64,000 nt of DNA, from assembly GCA_040954595.2 (NCBI GenBank), contig JBECUI020000025.1, forward strand, positions 62,001-126,000. Direction: 5' to 3'. The DNA comes from Balanoglossus misakiensis. Taxonomy: Eukaryota > Animalia > Hemichordata. The stretch's first letter is position 1; each line of letters begins with the position of its first letter. This document shows positions 51,278 to 63,300 of this stretch, one piece after another. The notes under the pieces were generated by a model. The model saw nothing but the letters and a program-made list of their open reading frames with translations. It did no database searches and was not told where the DNA came from. The position numbers were made by a program, and so were the translations under genes.

Positions 51278-51780
51278 TTGTCTTTTGTAACACTACATAA
51301 TAACCAGGTTTCCCTCTCAGGAACCCTTCCGAAGCAGGCAGTACCGCACCTGACTTCCATTTGCTATCGGGAGACTTATCAATGAAAGATCTTTCGTCTT
51401 TCGCTGGGAAAACTAAGATATTATCTGTTGTTCCGAGTGTTGATACATCAGTTTGTGCAGCATCGGCAATCCGTTTTAATAAGGAAGTAGCTAAACTGCC
51501 CAATGTTACAGTACTCAATATTAGCAGGGATCTTCCCTTTGCCTCAGGTCGTTTCTGTACTGCAGAAAAACTGGACAATGTTGTTTTCCTATCTGATATC
51601 AGACGTTCTGGTCCGAATTTCGGTAAAGACTACGGTATTGAAATGAAAGATGGTCCCTTGGCAGGATTACTTGCCCGTGCAGTTATTGTACTCGATGCAA
51701 ATAATACGGTTCTCTATACCCAATTAGTGCCTGAAATTACCACTGAACCTGATTATGATGCCATTCTCAAAGTGTTGTAA
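51278..51780 (+). CDS. tpx: Thiol peroxidase, one frameshift near 51331
   Basis: After the SD, TTG 51278 reads SFVTLHNNQVSLSGTLP; then (-1) AGSTAPDF, VPSVDTSVC, SRDLPFA..FC, LLARAV. Confidence 0.9.
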
Positions 51781-51797
51781 TTGCCGAGTCCAGTAGT

Positions 51798-52319
51798 ATG
51801 TACGGAGCAGTATTGCGGCAGGCATTATTTATATCTCTTTTTGTTGCGCTCATAATAATTGGTGCCTATATACATATCCCTTACCTTCTTGTGCCCTTCT
51901 CTTTGCAGACCTTTTTTCTATTCTTATCCGCACTCTTCTTGCCCACCCTTCATGCCCTATACAGTGTTCTTATCTATTTACTTATCGGAATAGTTGGACT
52001 ACCAGTATTTGCAGGCGGAGGAAGTGGTATTGCGTATCTTTTGGGACCAACAGGGGGCTATCTTATCGGCTTTCTTCCCGCAGTACTCTTTGTCGGATGG
52101 ATGTGTGGTTCTTCAAAAAAACTGCTTCGAAATATTATTGTCTGCTGTTTGGCATCAGTTATCCTATACATTGTCGGTGGGGTCTGGTTTCAGGTGGTTA
52201 CCCAGCAAGACTGGATAACTACCCTCTTGACTGCAATTCTGCCCTTTGTTGTCGGAGATATCATAAAAAATGTTGCCGCAAGTTTTCTCTACCAGTCCTT
52301 GCCCGTAACAATGCAATAA
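51798..52319 (+). CDS. bioY: Biotin ECF transporter S component
   Basis: VPFSLQ, GLPVFAGG, GPTGGYLIGF, PFVVGDIIK. Confidence 0.92.
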   Translation: MYGAVLRQALFISLFVALIIIGAYIHIPYLLVPFSLQTFFLFLSALFLPTLHALYSVLIYLLIGIVGLPVFAGGGSGIAYLLGPTGGYLIGFLPAVLFVGWMCGSSKKLLRNIIVCCLASVILYIVGGVWFQVVTQQDWITTLLTAILPFVVGDIIKNVAASFLYQSLPVTMQ

Positions 52320-53059
52320 TGAGTATACTGGAATTTCATAATGTATCTCATCAAATTACTGAGCAACTCACCATCTTATCAGAAATCAACCTTGCATTTC
52401 ATCAGCAGGAGTTTTGTCTTATACTGGGACCAAATGGATCGGGAAAAACCATTCTCGCACGCCATGCCCTTGCATTAACCGCACCCACAAGTGGATACAT
52501 CACTCTTGACTGCAAAAAACTAACAGGACAAAATATAAACAAGTTACGGACTCAAGTTGGTATGGTATTCCAGGAATCAGAGCGTCAATTTATCGGACAG
52601 ACTATTGAAGAAGAACTTCGCTTTGGATTGGAAGCAACGCTGAAGAGCCCTGAGGCAATCGAAGAACAAATTGCACCTATTTTAGAGCAATTCAATTTTC
52701 AAGGTCGGGAAAAAGATCATCCCCTGCGTCTCTCGGGTGGAGAAAAACGTCGACTGGCAATAGCTGCTATCTACGCTATGCAACCCAGTCTTATCTTCGT
52801 TGATGAGCCATTTTATGCACTGGACTATGCCGGTTCACGTATTGTCCTACACGCTCTCCTGACTCTTCGCCAATCGGGGAAAGGGGTGGTCGTTATTACC
52901 CATGAATACCAACGAATACTCGCACATGCTGAGCGGGTTATTCTTTTGTCTGAAGGACAGGTGTCTTATGATGGACCCCCGCGAGAATCGATTCCGCATA
53001 TTGAGAAACTTGGCTTGCAACCACCCGATATCCCACTGGAAGAGATGTCATGCTTATAA
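52319..53059 (+). CDS. bioM: ECF transporter ATPase (BioM-like)
   Basis: GPNGSGKT, VFQ, LSGGEKRR, DEP; ATG 52319. Confidence 0.85.
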   Translation: MSILEFHNVSHQITEQLTILSEINLAFHQQEFCLILGPNGSGKTILARHALALTAPTSGYITLDCKKLTGQNINKLRTQVGMVFQESERQFIGQTIEEELRFGLEATLKSPEAIEEQIAPILEQFNFQGREKDHPLRLSGGEKRRLAIAAIYAMQPSLIFVDEPFYALDYAGSRIVLHALLTLRQSGKGVVVITHEYQRILAHAERVILLSEGQVSYDGPPRESIPHIEKLGLQPPDIPLEEMSCL

Positions 53060-53769
53060 ATAATTTAGCACTTAGTTTTGACTATGCCGGAAAAGAAGCA
53101 TCACTATTACATGAAATGGATGCACGGAAACGATTTTTTCTGTATTTTCTTATCCAGTTCGTTACCTACCGCAGTAATGCACTTGGCGTGCATATCCTTT
53201 TGGGATCAGCCCTTCTCCTCCACCTCAATCTCCGTATACCCTTACGTAGTTTTTTTCGGAGTTTGGTTGCCTTTTCCTTTGTTATTGTAATTATTATGAT
53301 CAGTGCCCTTTTGCAATATCAAACAGATCTCCTGCATGGATTGCGTTATGGCGGACTTCGGGTTGAACGGATTATTATCTCTTTGCTCATGACTAATATA
53401 TTTCTCTCTTGTAATACTCAGCAGGAAATAGTTCGGACCATGACATGGCTAACAAGTTTTCTTCCGAACAGGCATGTTATTAGCATTGCATTGGCATTTC
53501 CATTTGTCTTTCTGCAGCTGATATTTCGAGAAGCCCATCAGATTAACGATGCATTAAAACTTCGCCGATATCGATTGGGCATCCGGTATATCGTTTTGTT
53601 TACATCAACACTCTTACGCAATCTCTATGAAGATGTTAATGCTATGCATGATAAACTAACTGCTCGCAGTTTTAGCCTCGAACGTACCCTCGTTTTTTCC
53701 CGCGCACGGGGCGAACTTCTGCTCTGCTGTTTCGTGGCACTCACTTGCCTTCTGGTATTTATGTTATGA
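53050..53769 (+). CDS. bioN: ECF transporter T component (BioN/CbiQ-like)
   Basis: LHEMDAR, multiple TM helices, LR and AR coupling motifs; operon context. Confidence 0.75.
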   Translation: MLINNLALSFDYAGKEASLLHEMDARKRFFLYFLIQFVTYRSNALGVHILLGSALLLHLNLRIPLRSFFRSLVAFSFVIVIIMISALLQYQTDLLHGLRYGGLRVERIIISLLMTNIFLSCNTQQEIVRTMTWLTSFLPNRHVISIALAFPFVFLQLIFREAHQINDALKLRRYRLGIRYIVLFTSTLLRNLYEDVNAMHDKLTARSFSLERTLVFSRARGELLLCCFVALTCLLVFML

Positions 53770-54227
53770 ACATTCGTGTAGTCCTGCTTGAACCAGAAAT
53801 ACCGCAGAACACTGGTAATATAGCAAGAACATGTGCTGCTGTCGGTGCCGAATTGATTCTGGTAGAACCACTTGGCTTTTCACTAGATGACCGCTATCTT
53901 AAACGGGCAGGACTTGATTACTGGTCTCTGGTACAACTCAGTACCCTTCCCTCCATTGCACAATTTACCCATGACTATGCCGCCGAACCCTGTTTTTTTA
54001 CGACGCCACAAGCTGCCACCCGGTACGACCGTGCAGAATATCCGGAAAATGCAGTCATCGTCTTTGGTCGAGAAAGCACTGGCATTTCCAAAGATATCCT
54101 TGCTACAAACGCCGACCGCTGCATTGCTATTCCCATGCGTTCAGGCATTCGTTCGCTCAATCTATCCAATAGCGTTGCACTTATTATCTATGAAATTATG
54201 AGAAAATATAATTTTCCCCTTGCATAA
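53766..54227 (+). CDS. trmL: tRNA (cytidine/uridine-34 2'-O)-methyltransferase
   Basis: EPEIPQNTGNIARTC, KRAGLDYW, FGRES, RSLNLSN. Confidence 0.93.
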   Translation: MNIRVVLLEPEIPQNTGNIARTCAAVGAELILVEPLGFSLDDRYLKRAGLDYWSLVQLSTLPSIAQFTHDYAAEPCFFTTPQAATRYDRAEYPENAVIVFGRESTGISKDILATNADRCIAIPMRSGIRSLNLSNSVALIIYEIMRKYNFPLA

Positions 54228-54275
54228 ATTCCCGTATTAAATATAGCATGTATTTATATAGCATAAGGAGAAACA

Positions 54276-55126
54276 ATGGCCCAACAATCATCCATTATCC
54301 AAATTGGCTTTGGAAACATGGGAAAGTCCTTTATTCAGGCACTGCTGTCTCAACGCCCCGCGGAAATTACACATCTCACCATTGTTGATAAACATGATGA
54401 GCGAATAACAGAAGCACGGGCATACGTAAAGAAAATAAAATCAATTTCCTGCACAGTCCAACAAGAGATAGACCCTACCCTTTTTACAACTACCAACCCG
54501 ACCTATCTTATTTTAGCAGTCAAACCCCAAGATTTTCAGACGACAGTAGCCACATTGCAGACGGGAACGAACCCAATCTGCATTATTTCTCTTATGGCAG
54601 GCATTTCTATAAGCCAACTGACAGCTGCATTTCCAAGTGCCTATATTACTCGGGTAATGCCCTCACTCTGTGTGAGCGTACGCCAAGCAGTAATAGGACT
54701 TGCATTTATGGAAAAAAGCACTCAGTACTCGCAAGAATACCAGGCATTTATTCGTAGATCACTGGACAAAATCGGACTCGTAATTGAATGTTCTGAAACA
54801 CAGATCCCTCTTATAGCGACCCTCTCCGGTTCTGCCATTGCCTTTGTCCTTGCCTTTATTGATGCTCTTGCAAATGCCGGGGTTCGGGAGGGCTTCCATC
54901 AGAACATGGCCATGGATATTGCAACAGTGGTAACAAGCGGGGCCGCAAACTTCTTGCGAAGGATAAAAGATCGCCAAAGGAGATAATAAGCAGTATTTCA
55001 TCGCCTGGCGGAACAACGGTTGAAGGAAACTATACCTTAGAAAAGGCATCTTTCTCTGCAATCATTATGGATGCGGTACGGGCGACCTACCGACGTGCAC
55101 AAGAACTTGAACAACAAGGGCATTAG
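54276..55126 (+). CDS. proC: Pyrroline-5-carboxylate reductase, one frameshift near 54958
   Basis: IGFGNMG, LAVKPQ, SLMAG, RVMP, SGSA; the -1 frame continues with SSPGGTT..AVRATYRRAQEL to TAG 55126. Confidence 0.88.
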
Positions 55127-55170
55127 ATAAACAGAATAACAATGCATAAAAAAGGAAAAGGAAGCGAACT

Positions 55171-56451
55171 ATGATAGATCTTCATTGGGTAGTAGAACAC
55201 CCTGAAGAAATGGAAGAGACCATCCGGCACCGCCATACCGCCGGGAATGCCCATCGTGTAGTTGATCTCGTTAAAACAAAGAAACAACTACTCCATGAAC
55301 TTCAGGAAAAACAGGAAAGGCGCAATAAAAACAGTAAAGAATTAAACGAGACATTGACGGAGCAGGAACATGAGGAGCGGATTGCCTTCGGGAAACAGCT
55401 AAAAAAAGAAATAGCAGCCCTTGAAATGGTGCTCAGCACCATTAATAAAGAGTTGCAAACAGAGGCAGTCCAACTACCGAACAGAATGCATCCTGATACT
55501 CCGAGAGGATTAGGTGATGCAAACAACGTTCTTATCTCACAATGGGGAGAACCTACTCACTTCGACTTTTCCCCAAGCGATCATGTAAAACTCGGAAGCA
55601 TGCATGATATTATAGATTTTGAAACCGCTACCCAAGTAAGCGGCACTAAGTTTTACTATTTAAAGAATGAAGGTGTATTGCTTGAACTTGGGCTTATTAG
55701 ATATGCCTGCGATATTCTACGCAAGCATGCATATACCCTTCTTGCTACCCCCGACCTGGTCAAAGAATCTATGGCAACGGCAACAGGATATGCACCACGG
55801 GGTTCCGAACGTGATGTTTATACGGTTAATAACGACGAACTCTGCTTGATAGGCACCTCTGAAATTCCTCTTGCAGCCTATCACAAAGAGAAAACATTTA
55901 CTCCAGAAGATCTGCCGATCCATCTTGGGGGAGTATCACATTGTTTTCGACGAGAGGCTGGTGCCGCCGGTAAGTTCTCCAAGGGACTGTACAGGGTTCA
56001 TCAGTTTACTAAGGTGGAAATGTTTACGTTTTCCTCGCCCGAATCTTCGGATACGGAGCTGGACCAGATTGTGGCTATAGAAGAAGAAATTATACGTGGG
56101 TTAGAGATTCCCTATCGGATTGTTGATGTCTGTTCGGGAGAACTCTCAGCCGCTGCCTATCGAAAATATGATATCGAAGCATGGATGCCCGGCAGGAGCA
56201 AGAATGGCGCCTGGGGTGAGATAACCAGTGCATCCAACTGCACCGAGTATCAATCGCGCAGGCTCAACATTCGCTACAGCGAAAATAAGAACGGTCCCAA
56301 GGCTTATGTTCATACACTGAATGGCACCGCCCTTGCCATTTCTCGTATTATGCTTGCAATACTAGAAAATTTTCAGCAATCTGATGGGTCAATCCTTCTT
56401 CCATCAGTACTACACTCCTACTGCGGTATACAACAAATCCCTAGCAAATGA
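55171..56451 (+). CDS. serS: Serine--tRNA ligase
   Basis: LIGTSE, CFRREAG, GLYRVHQF, EITSASNC, HTLNGT. Confidence 0.97.
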   Translation: MIDLHWVVEHPEEMEETIRHRHTAGNAHRVVDLVKTKKQLLHELQEKQERRNKNSKELNETLTEQEHEERIAFGKQLKKEIAALEMVLSTINKELQTEAVQLPNRMHPDTPRGLGDANNVLISQWGEPTHFDFSPSDHVKLGSMHDIIDFETATQVSGTKFYYLKNEGVLLELGLIRYACDILRKHAYTLLATPDLVKESMATATGYAPRGSERDVYTVNNDELCLIGTSEIPLAAYHKEKTFTPEDLPIHLGGVSHCFRREAGAAGKFSKGLYRVHQFTKVEMFTFSSPESSDTELDQIVAIEEEIIRGLEIPYRIVDVCSGELSAAAYRKYDIEAWMPGRSKNGAWGEITSASNCTEYQSRRLNIRYSENKNGPKAYVHTLNGTALAISRIMLAILENFQQSDGSILLPSVLHSYCGIQQIPSK

Positions 56452-57548
56452 GACCTCAAATAATTGCTGAAATCGGCAGCAGCCACGGTGGAGACCTGGT
56501 AAAAGCAAGAGAACTCATTATTTCAGCGAAAGAGGCCGGAGCAGACTGGGCAAAATTTCAGTGGATAACTGCAAATGAGATCTTACATCCCGAAAGCAAA
56601 TCAGTTTGCCTGTTTGGAAAGGATATAGCACTGTACGAGTGCTTTCGTAAACTGGAACGCCCAGAAGAATTTTACCGCAGTTTGCAAGAACAATGCAAAA
56701 ATATCGGTATTCGCTTTCTCTGTACTCCCTTCGGTATTGATAGTGCCCGGGCATTATATCGCCTTAATGTCGATATAATGAAGATTGCCTCCCCGGAATT
56801 GAATCATTTTCCCCTTCTTGATGAGGTGGCGAACTATAATATGCCGATCCTCCTTTCAACCGGCATGTCAAAACTAAATGACATTGAAGAAGCACTTGCC
56901 CATCTGGGTACAGTACCGGTTACCATTCTCCATTGCGTAACCAGCTATCCGGCAAAAGAAGAAGAATATAATATCTCACTTCTTCCCTTGCTGTCTGGAA
57001 TTTTTGGAACCGCAGTTGGACTTTCCGACCATACACAGGACCCTGAAATATTGCCGGCACTTGCAACCGCATTGAATGCCAGTTTTATAGAGAAACATAT
57101 TACACTGGATAACAAGGGCGGTGGATTAGATGATCCGATGGCATTAGAGGGCAGTGCCTTTAAGCAAATGGTTCGTATTATAGAGCATGTATCTCGCCTT
57201 GTTGAAAAACAGAATCCCAGAACAGCTTCTCCCCTCAAAGTTGAAATACCACAAGAGCTCATTGAAAACTATGGAAAAGACCGGGTCAATGCGGTTCTCG
57301 GGAACGGCATAAAAACGCTTGCCCCATCCGAACAGGCCTATTACTATACTACACGACGAAGTCTTATAGCCCGCTATAAGATAGAAAAAGGAAGCATTAT
57401 CAACAAGGATGCGATAGCAGTACTCCGTGCTGAACAACAGAGCCAGGCGGGGCTTCATCCGCGCTATCTACCTATTATTACCGGGAAAAAGACGAGCAGC
57501 GATATTGCTGCAGGTGATGGCATTCGGTGGCATAATGTCCTCGCCTAA
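56448..57548 (+). CDS. NeuB/SpsE-family nonulosonate synthase with C-terminal SAF domain
   Basis: IAEIG..HGGD, KFQ, KIASPE, STGMS, LHCVTSYP, GLSDHT, EKHITLD, RRSL. Confidence 0.88.
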   Translation: MRPQIIAEIGSSHGGDLVKARELIISAKEAGADWAKFQWITANEILHPESKSVCLFGKDIALYECFRKLERPEEFYRSLQEQCKNIGIRFLCTPFGIDSARALYRLNVDIMKIASPELNHFPLLDEVANYNMPILLSTGMSKLNDIEEALAHLGTVPVTILHCVTSYPAKEEEYNISLLPLLSGIFGTAVGLSDHTQDPEILPALATALNASFIEKHITLDNKGGGLDDPMALEGSAFKQMVRIIEHVSRLVEKQNPRTASPLKVEIPQELIENYGKDRVNAVLGNGIKTLAPSEQAYYYTTRRSLIARYKIEKGSIINKDAIAVLRAEQQSQAGLHPRYLPIITGKKTSSDIAAGDGIRWHNVLA

Positions 57549-60259
57549 CTATCCTTCCCCTTGGAGTCCTCTTGGAGGAATTGTCGCAGAACTGTCTGCA
57601 AAATTCCGCCGTTCCCATAGTACTCAAGCTCGACATCGGTATCAATGCGACAAATGAGTGATATGGTCTGCGTGCCGTTCTTGCCTCGCACATGGCAGGA
57701 TACTGAATCGCTTGCACGAAGGTTATCGTCTATGACAATTGTAAACTCTTCGGTGTAGTCTAAACCAAGGGTCTTGGCAGTCTCTCCCTCAACGAATTGC
57801 AGGGGAAGAACTCCCATGCCAATGAGATTGCTGCGATGGATCCTCTCGTAGGATTCTGCAATAACCGCTCGCACGCCAAGAAGTTGAACCCCCTTTGCTG
57901 CCCAGTCCCGACTGGACCCCATGCCGTAATCCTTGCCTGCAAAAATGATAACCGGAGTCTCTTCTTTCCGATACCGGATGGCCGCATCGAATATGCTCAT
58001 CTGCTCACCTGAAGGAATATGAATGGTAGAAGAACCATCACTTCCCGGCGTCAGGGCGTTCCGGAAACCGAATGTTCGCAAATGTCCCTCTTGTCATTAC
58101 TTGATCATGTCCGCGCCTGCTTCCGTAAGAGTTAAAATCTGTTTTATCGACATTAAGACTCAGAAGATATTTTCCAGCAGGAGAGGCCGGATCAATCGGT
58201 CCTGCAGGACTGATATGATCAGTAGTCGTGCTGTCGCCGGCAACAACAAGCACACGAGCTTTTTCAATGGATGAAATCGGTTCTGCTTCGGTGGGCATAT
58301 TATCAAAGAAGGGTGGCTGATGAATATAGCTGCTGTCGTCTTTCCAATTGTATATTTGTTCCCCGGATACCGGTATATTATTCCACTGTTCGTTGGATTG
58401 TTCCAAACCCCGATAGCTTGCAATAAAAGCGTCTCTATCAAGTGCACTCTTTACCATCTCTTGAAGTTCATCATGGTCGGGCCATATATCGGCCATGTAA
58501 ACCGCCTTGCCATCATCACCATAAGCAATAGGGTCTGTGTAAAAATTGATGTCTACCGTACCTGCAAGGGCATAAAGCACAACAAGGGGGGAGACATAAG
58601 GAAGTTTGCCTGTGTATAGGGATTGATTCGTCCCTCAAAATTGCGATTCCCCGACAAGACACCTGCTGCAACGAGGTTTGACTTATCAATTGCCTGCATA
58701 ATTTCTGTTGGTAATGGTCCGCTGTTTCCAATACATGTTGTACAGCCGTAACCAACTAGATAGAAACCGGTCTGCTCAAGGTACTGCATAAGACCGGCAC
58801 GGATGAGATACTCAGTTACTACCATTGAACCGGGAGCAAAACTTGTTTTGACCCAAGGTTTGCGTTTTAAGCCCTTGCGGATTGCATTTCGTGCTAACAG
58901 ACCGGCAGCCATAAGTACTGAGGGATTGCTGGTATTGGTACAACTTGTTATTGCAGCAAGCACAACATGTCCATGACGTATCTGATGACTCTCGCCATTC
59001 AGCGTCAGTGTTGCCACCTTGTTTTCATCTTCCAGACCAAAACCACCCTCGCTAACGGGAAGGGATTTAAGCCCTTTCCATGCTGTCTGAACTTCTTTCA
59101 ACTCAATTCGATCCTGCGGACGTTTCGGACCGGCAATTGATGGTTGTATCTCGGATAAATCAAGCTCCAGGAGGGTCTCAAAGGTAGGAATAAAATCCGT
59201 ACGGAACATGTTCTGCGCCCGTGCATACTGCTCAACAAGATGGATCATGCTCTCCTTGCGTCCAGTACTATACATGTACTCTATCGTACACTCATCAATG
59301 GGGAAGTATCCCACCGTTGCACCGTATTCCGGTGCCATGTTCGCAATAGTTGCCCGATCCGGAACTGAGAGAGTAGAAAGTCCGTCGCCACAAAACTCGA
59401 CAAACTTGCCCACTACCCCGTGTGTGCGTAAGAGCTGGGTTATTGCTAGTACCAAATCAGTTGCCGTAACCCCCTCTGTGAGTGCATTGTGGAGTCGAAC
59501 CCCAACAACAGCTGGTGCAAGGAGCGAGATTGATTGACCCAACATTGCTGCCTCCGCTTCAATGCCACCTACTCCCCAGCCGAGGATAGAGAGACCGTTA
59601 ATCATTGTGGTATGGGAATCGGTTCCGATAACAGAATCAAAATGAACCATCGGTAATTCCCCTGGACGCTCCTTGTAGTGCACAATGGTGCCCAAGTACT
59701 CAAGGTTTACCTGATGACAAATACCACTGGCGGGTGGCACGACCCGAAACTGTTTGAACGCGGTCTGCCCCCAGCGCAAAAACTCATACCGCTCGCGGTT
59801 ACGGGAAAACTCAAGATCGGCATTCTTTTTTAATGCGTCCGGACTGTTGAAGACATCAACCTGAACCGAATGGTCAATAATGAGATCAACCGGTAATCTT
59901 GGATTAATCCGCGACGGATCACCCCCCATGCCTTGCATAGTGCTGCGCATAGCTGCCAGATCGACAACACAGGGCACACCTGTAAAATCCTGCAATAACA
60001 CACGTGCAGGATTAAAGGGGATCTCCTTTTTCGGCGGCGACTTGGCATCGTACCCGATCAAGGTCTCAATATGTTTATGGGTAACCCTTTCTCCGTCCTC
60101 GTTTCGCAGAACAGACTCCAACAATATCCGAATAGAATACGGTAATGCGCGAATGCTAGGAAACTGATCTGCAAGTACTGCAAGATCATAATAATTGACT
60201 TCTCCAACGGCAGTGTGCAATGTCTTTTGTGTCTTAAATGAATCAACAGGTTTATGCAT
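57545..60259 (-). CDS. acnA: Aconitate hydratase A, two frameshifts near 58588 and 58065
   Basis: [70 protein letters not shown]. Confidence 0.95.
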
Positions 60260-60306
60260 TTTTTTACTCCAAAATAAATCCTACTAGTTAGAGTATAGAC
60301 TAATGC

Positions 60307-63300
60307 ATGAATAAATGCTATCATGCTTGTATTATGCTTGCGACAAATAATACACAAAAAAATGTTCAGGCGCCAAGTATTGACATGTACTTACAGACAT
60401 ATAACTATATGTTGCGTGCTCGAACAGTCGATATTATCGAACAAGAATTCATTGCCCGCGGTGAGGCTTCCTTTCACGTTTCGGGAGAGGGACATGAAGC
60501 ATTAGCGGTGCTGAATCATTATCTTACCCCCGCTGACTGGCTCCATTGCCATTATCGTGATAAGGCACTCATGATTGCACGCGGAATAGAAGAACGGATG
60601 TTTTTCTATGCACTTTTTTATAAGGAAGGCAGTCATTCAAAGGGTCGACAGATGAATGCACACATGTCGGCTCCCGAACTAAAAATTATGAGTATGCCCG
60701 GTCTTATCGGTAGCAGCGGGATCCATGCAACAGGGGTTGCATCGATTATTAAGGATCAACCTGAAAATCCAATTGTTCTTTGCTGTGTTGGGGACGGGAC
60801 CACACAGGAAGGTGAGTTTATCGAAGCCATCGGTCAGGCGGTACGTGATAAACTGCCTGTATTATTTCTTATACATGATAATTCCTTTGCCATATCAACC
60901 AAGACAAAGGGAAAAACTTTCTATTCCCTTCCCGATGGTGATGCAAATGAGTTCTATGGATTACCGATAGCTCGAATTGACGGACGATATCCTCAAGACT
61001 GCTACGATAGTCTTGGTTCTATCGTCAGCACTATGCGTGCAACCCGAGAGCCTGCTATTATCGTGCTCTCCACCGAACGGTTACATAGTCATACAAATGC
61101 TGACAATCAAACTGTGTATCGCGAACAGGAAGCCTTGGAAAAGATCCGTAAAACAGGCGACCCCCTGCTTAATTTCTACTCCTTTTTGACAGAAAACGGT
61201 GTTCCTGCCGAGCGGCTGGATAAGATGAAAGAAGAAATACAGTCGAATTTGCAACTTGTTGTGCACGAAACACAGCGATCGAAAGAACCCGAACCAGCTT
61301 TTGATGCTGCTAAGGCGCTAGACGAATACGTAACATCCCAGGAATCGGAATACCGGGGAACAGGTAAAAAAGAAGTAGCAATGCTGGAAGCCATGCGCCT
61401 GACATTGCAAGGTTGGCTGGAATCCGATAAGCGAGTAAGACTTTTTGGTGAAGATATTGAAGATCCAAAGGGTGATGTCTTCGGCTTAACAAGAGGACTG
61501 AGTACTGCTTACGGTCAGAGAGTTCAAAACAGCCCTCTGTCGGAATCACTTATTATCGGGCATTCAATCGGACAGGCACTTGCCGGTAGCCGCCCGGTTG
61601 CATTCCTGCAGTTTGCCGATTTCTTACCCCTTGCAATGAATCAGATATATTCCGAACTGGGCACCATGCACTGGCGGACCGACGGGGGCTGGCAAGCACC
61701 TGTAATTATTATGTCTCCCTGTGGAGGGTACGCACCTGGACTCGGGCCTTTCCATGCAGCGAGTATGGAAAGCCTAGTATCACATGTTCCGGGGCTAAAT
61801 GTTGTTATGCCAAGCACTGCGGCTGATGCTGCAGGTCTTATGAATGCATGCTATGAATCGGGCAGACCGACTGTCTTCTTTTATCCAAAGGTACAACTGA
61901 CAATCAGGAGGAAAAAACAAGCTCTGATGTCAGAAAACACTTTGTGCCCCTGGGGGTTGCGAGAATAGTCGAAGAAGGCTCGGATATTAGTTTTATTACC
62001 TACGGGAATGGGGTGAGTCTCTGCAAGAAAGCAATACATGAATTAAAGAAGCATGATATTCGTTGCGACCTGATTGATCTCAGAAGTCTTGTCCCTTGGG
62101 ATAAAGAGGCTGTTATTCAGTCGGCAGAGAAAACAGGACATGTTATTATCTGTAGTGAAGATAATAAGACTTCAAGTTTTGCAGGAGAGGTTGCCGCTAC
62201 CATTGCCGAATACGCCCGAACACCGGTACGGATACGCCGTATTATGCGGGAAGATACCTATGTACCGTGTAACTTCGCCAATCAACTGAAAGTTCTTCCA
62301 TCCTATCAAAAAATACTGGAAACGGCGGTCTCAATGCTCTCGGGTCTTATCCAGTGGAAGAAGGATGCCCAGGCAAGCTCCGCAGGGGGTTTAGTAATTG
62401 AAGCCCTTGGTTCCAGTCCCTCGGATGAATCGGTTACCGTTATAGAATGGAAGGTTGGACCTGGTAATACAATAAAGGAAGGGGATCTTCTTGCCGAACT
62501 GGAAGCAGATAAGGCAGCATTTGACCTTCGCAGTCCTGCTGATGGAACGATTGATGAAATACTTGTCAATTCGGGCGAAACAGTTCCCATTGGAACCCCT
62601 ATTCTTAATATTAGCACAGGAAATGAGGAATACGTTAAACCTATTACCAGAGAGGACCCGGGAACACCAATTATTACGGGAGTAATGAGATCAAGTGGAA
62701 AAAAGAAAAGCGAACGGTTGGCACAAGGAATCCGGGAATTATTGCAGTTGCTGGGGTTACCGGTAGCCGCGTTGTATCAAATGCGGATATTGCAGAATAT
62801 CTGCCTGAATGGGATGAGCAAGATATCGTAAAGCGAACGGGGATTGAAACACGCAGATGGGTTAACAACGAAGAAACCGCGTTAACAATGGCGGTTGCTG
62901 CCTGCAAGAAGTTGTTTCAAAAACAAGATATTACCCTATACGATATTGATGCTATTGTCTGTACCACTGGTACACCTATAGCATTTACCCCATCCATGGC
63001 AACAAGTATCCATTATGAGTTATCAAAAGATCTGCCAGAGCCTAAAGAGGTGGAAGCATTTGATGTCATTGCTGCCTGTTCGGGATACATATACGGCCTA
63101 AAACTTGTCTATGATGACTTAATGCTCCGCCCTAAAAAGAAGATACTTCTTGTTACGACTGAAGTCTTATCTAAAAAAATAGATGTGAACGATCCGGGAA
63201 CCGCTCCTATCTTTGCCGACGCAGCGACTGCGAGTCTGATCGGCGGGAACAAGTATAAAAAATGGTTCCGGGCTGAAATATATCAGCCTACTCTCTCCGC

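Noticed and set aside
54241-54265. Direct repeat ATATAGCAT x2 upstream of proC
   Set aside because: Short and AT-rich; compatible with chance.
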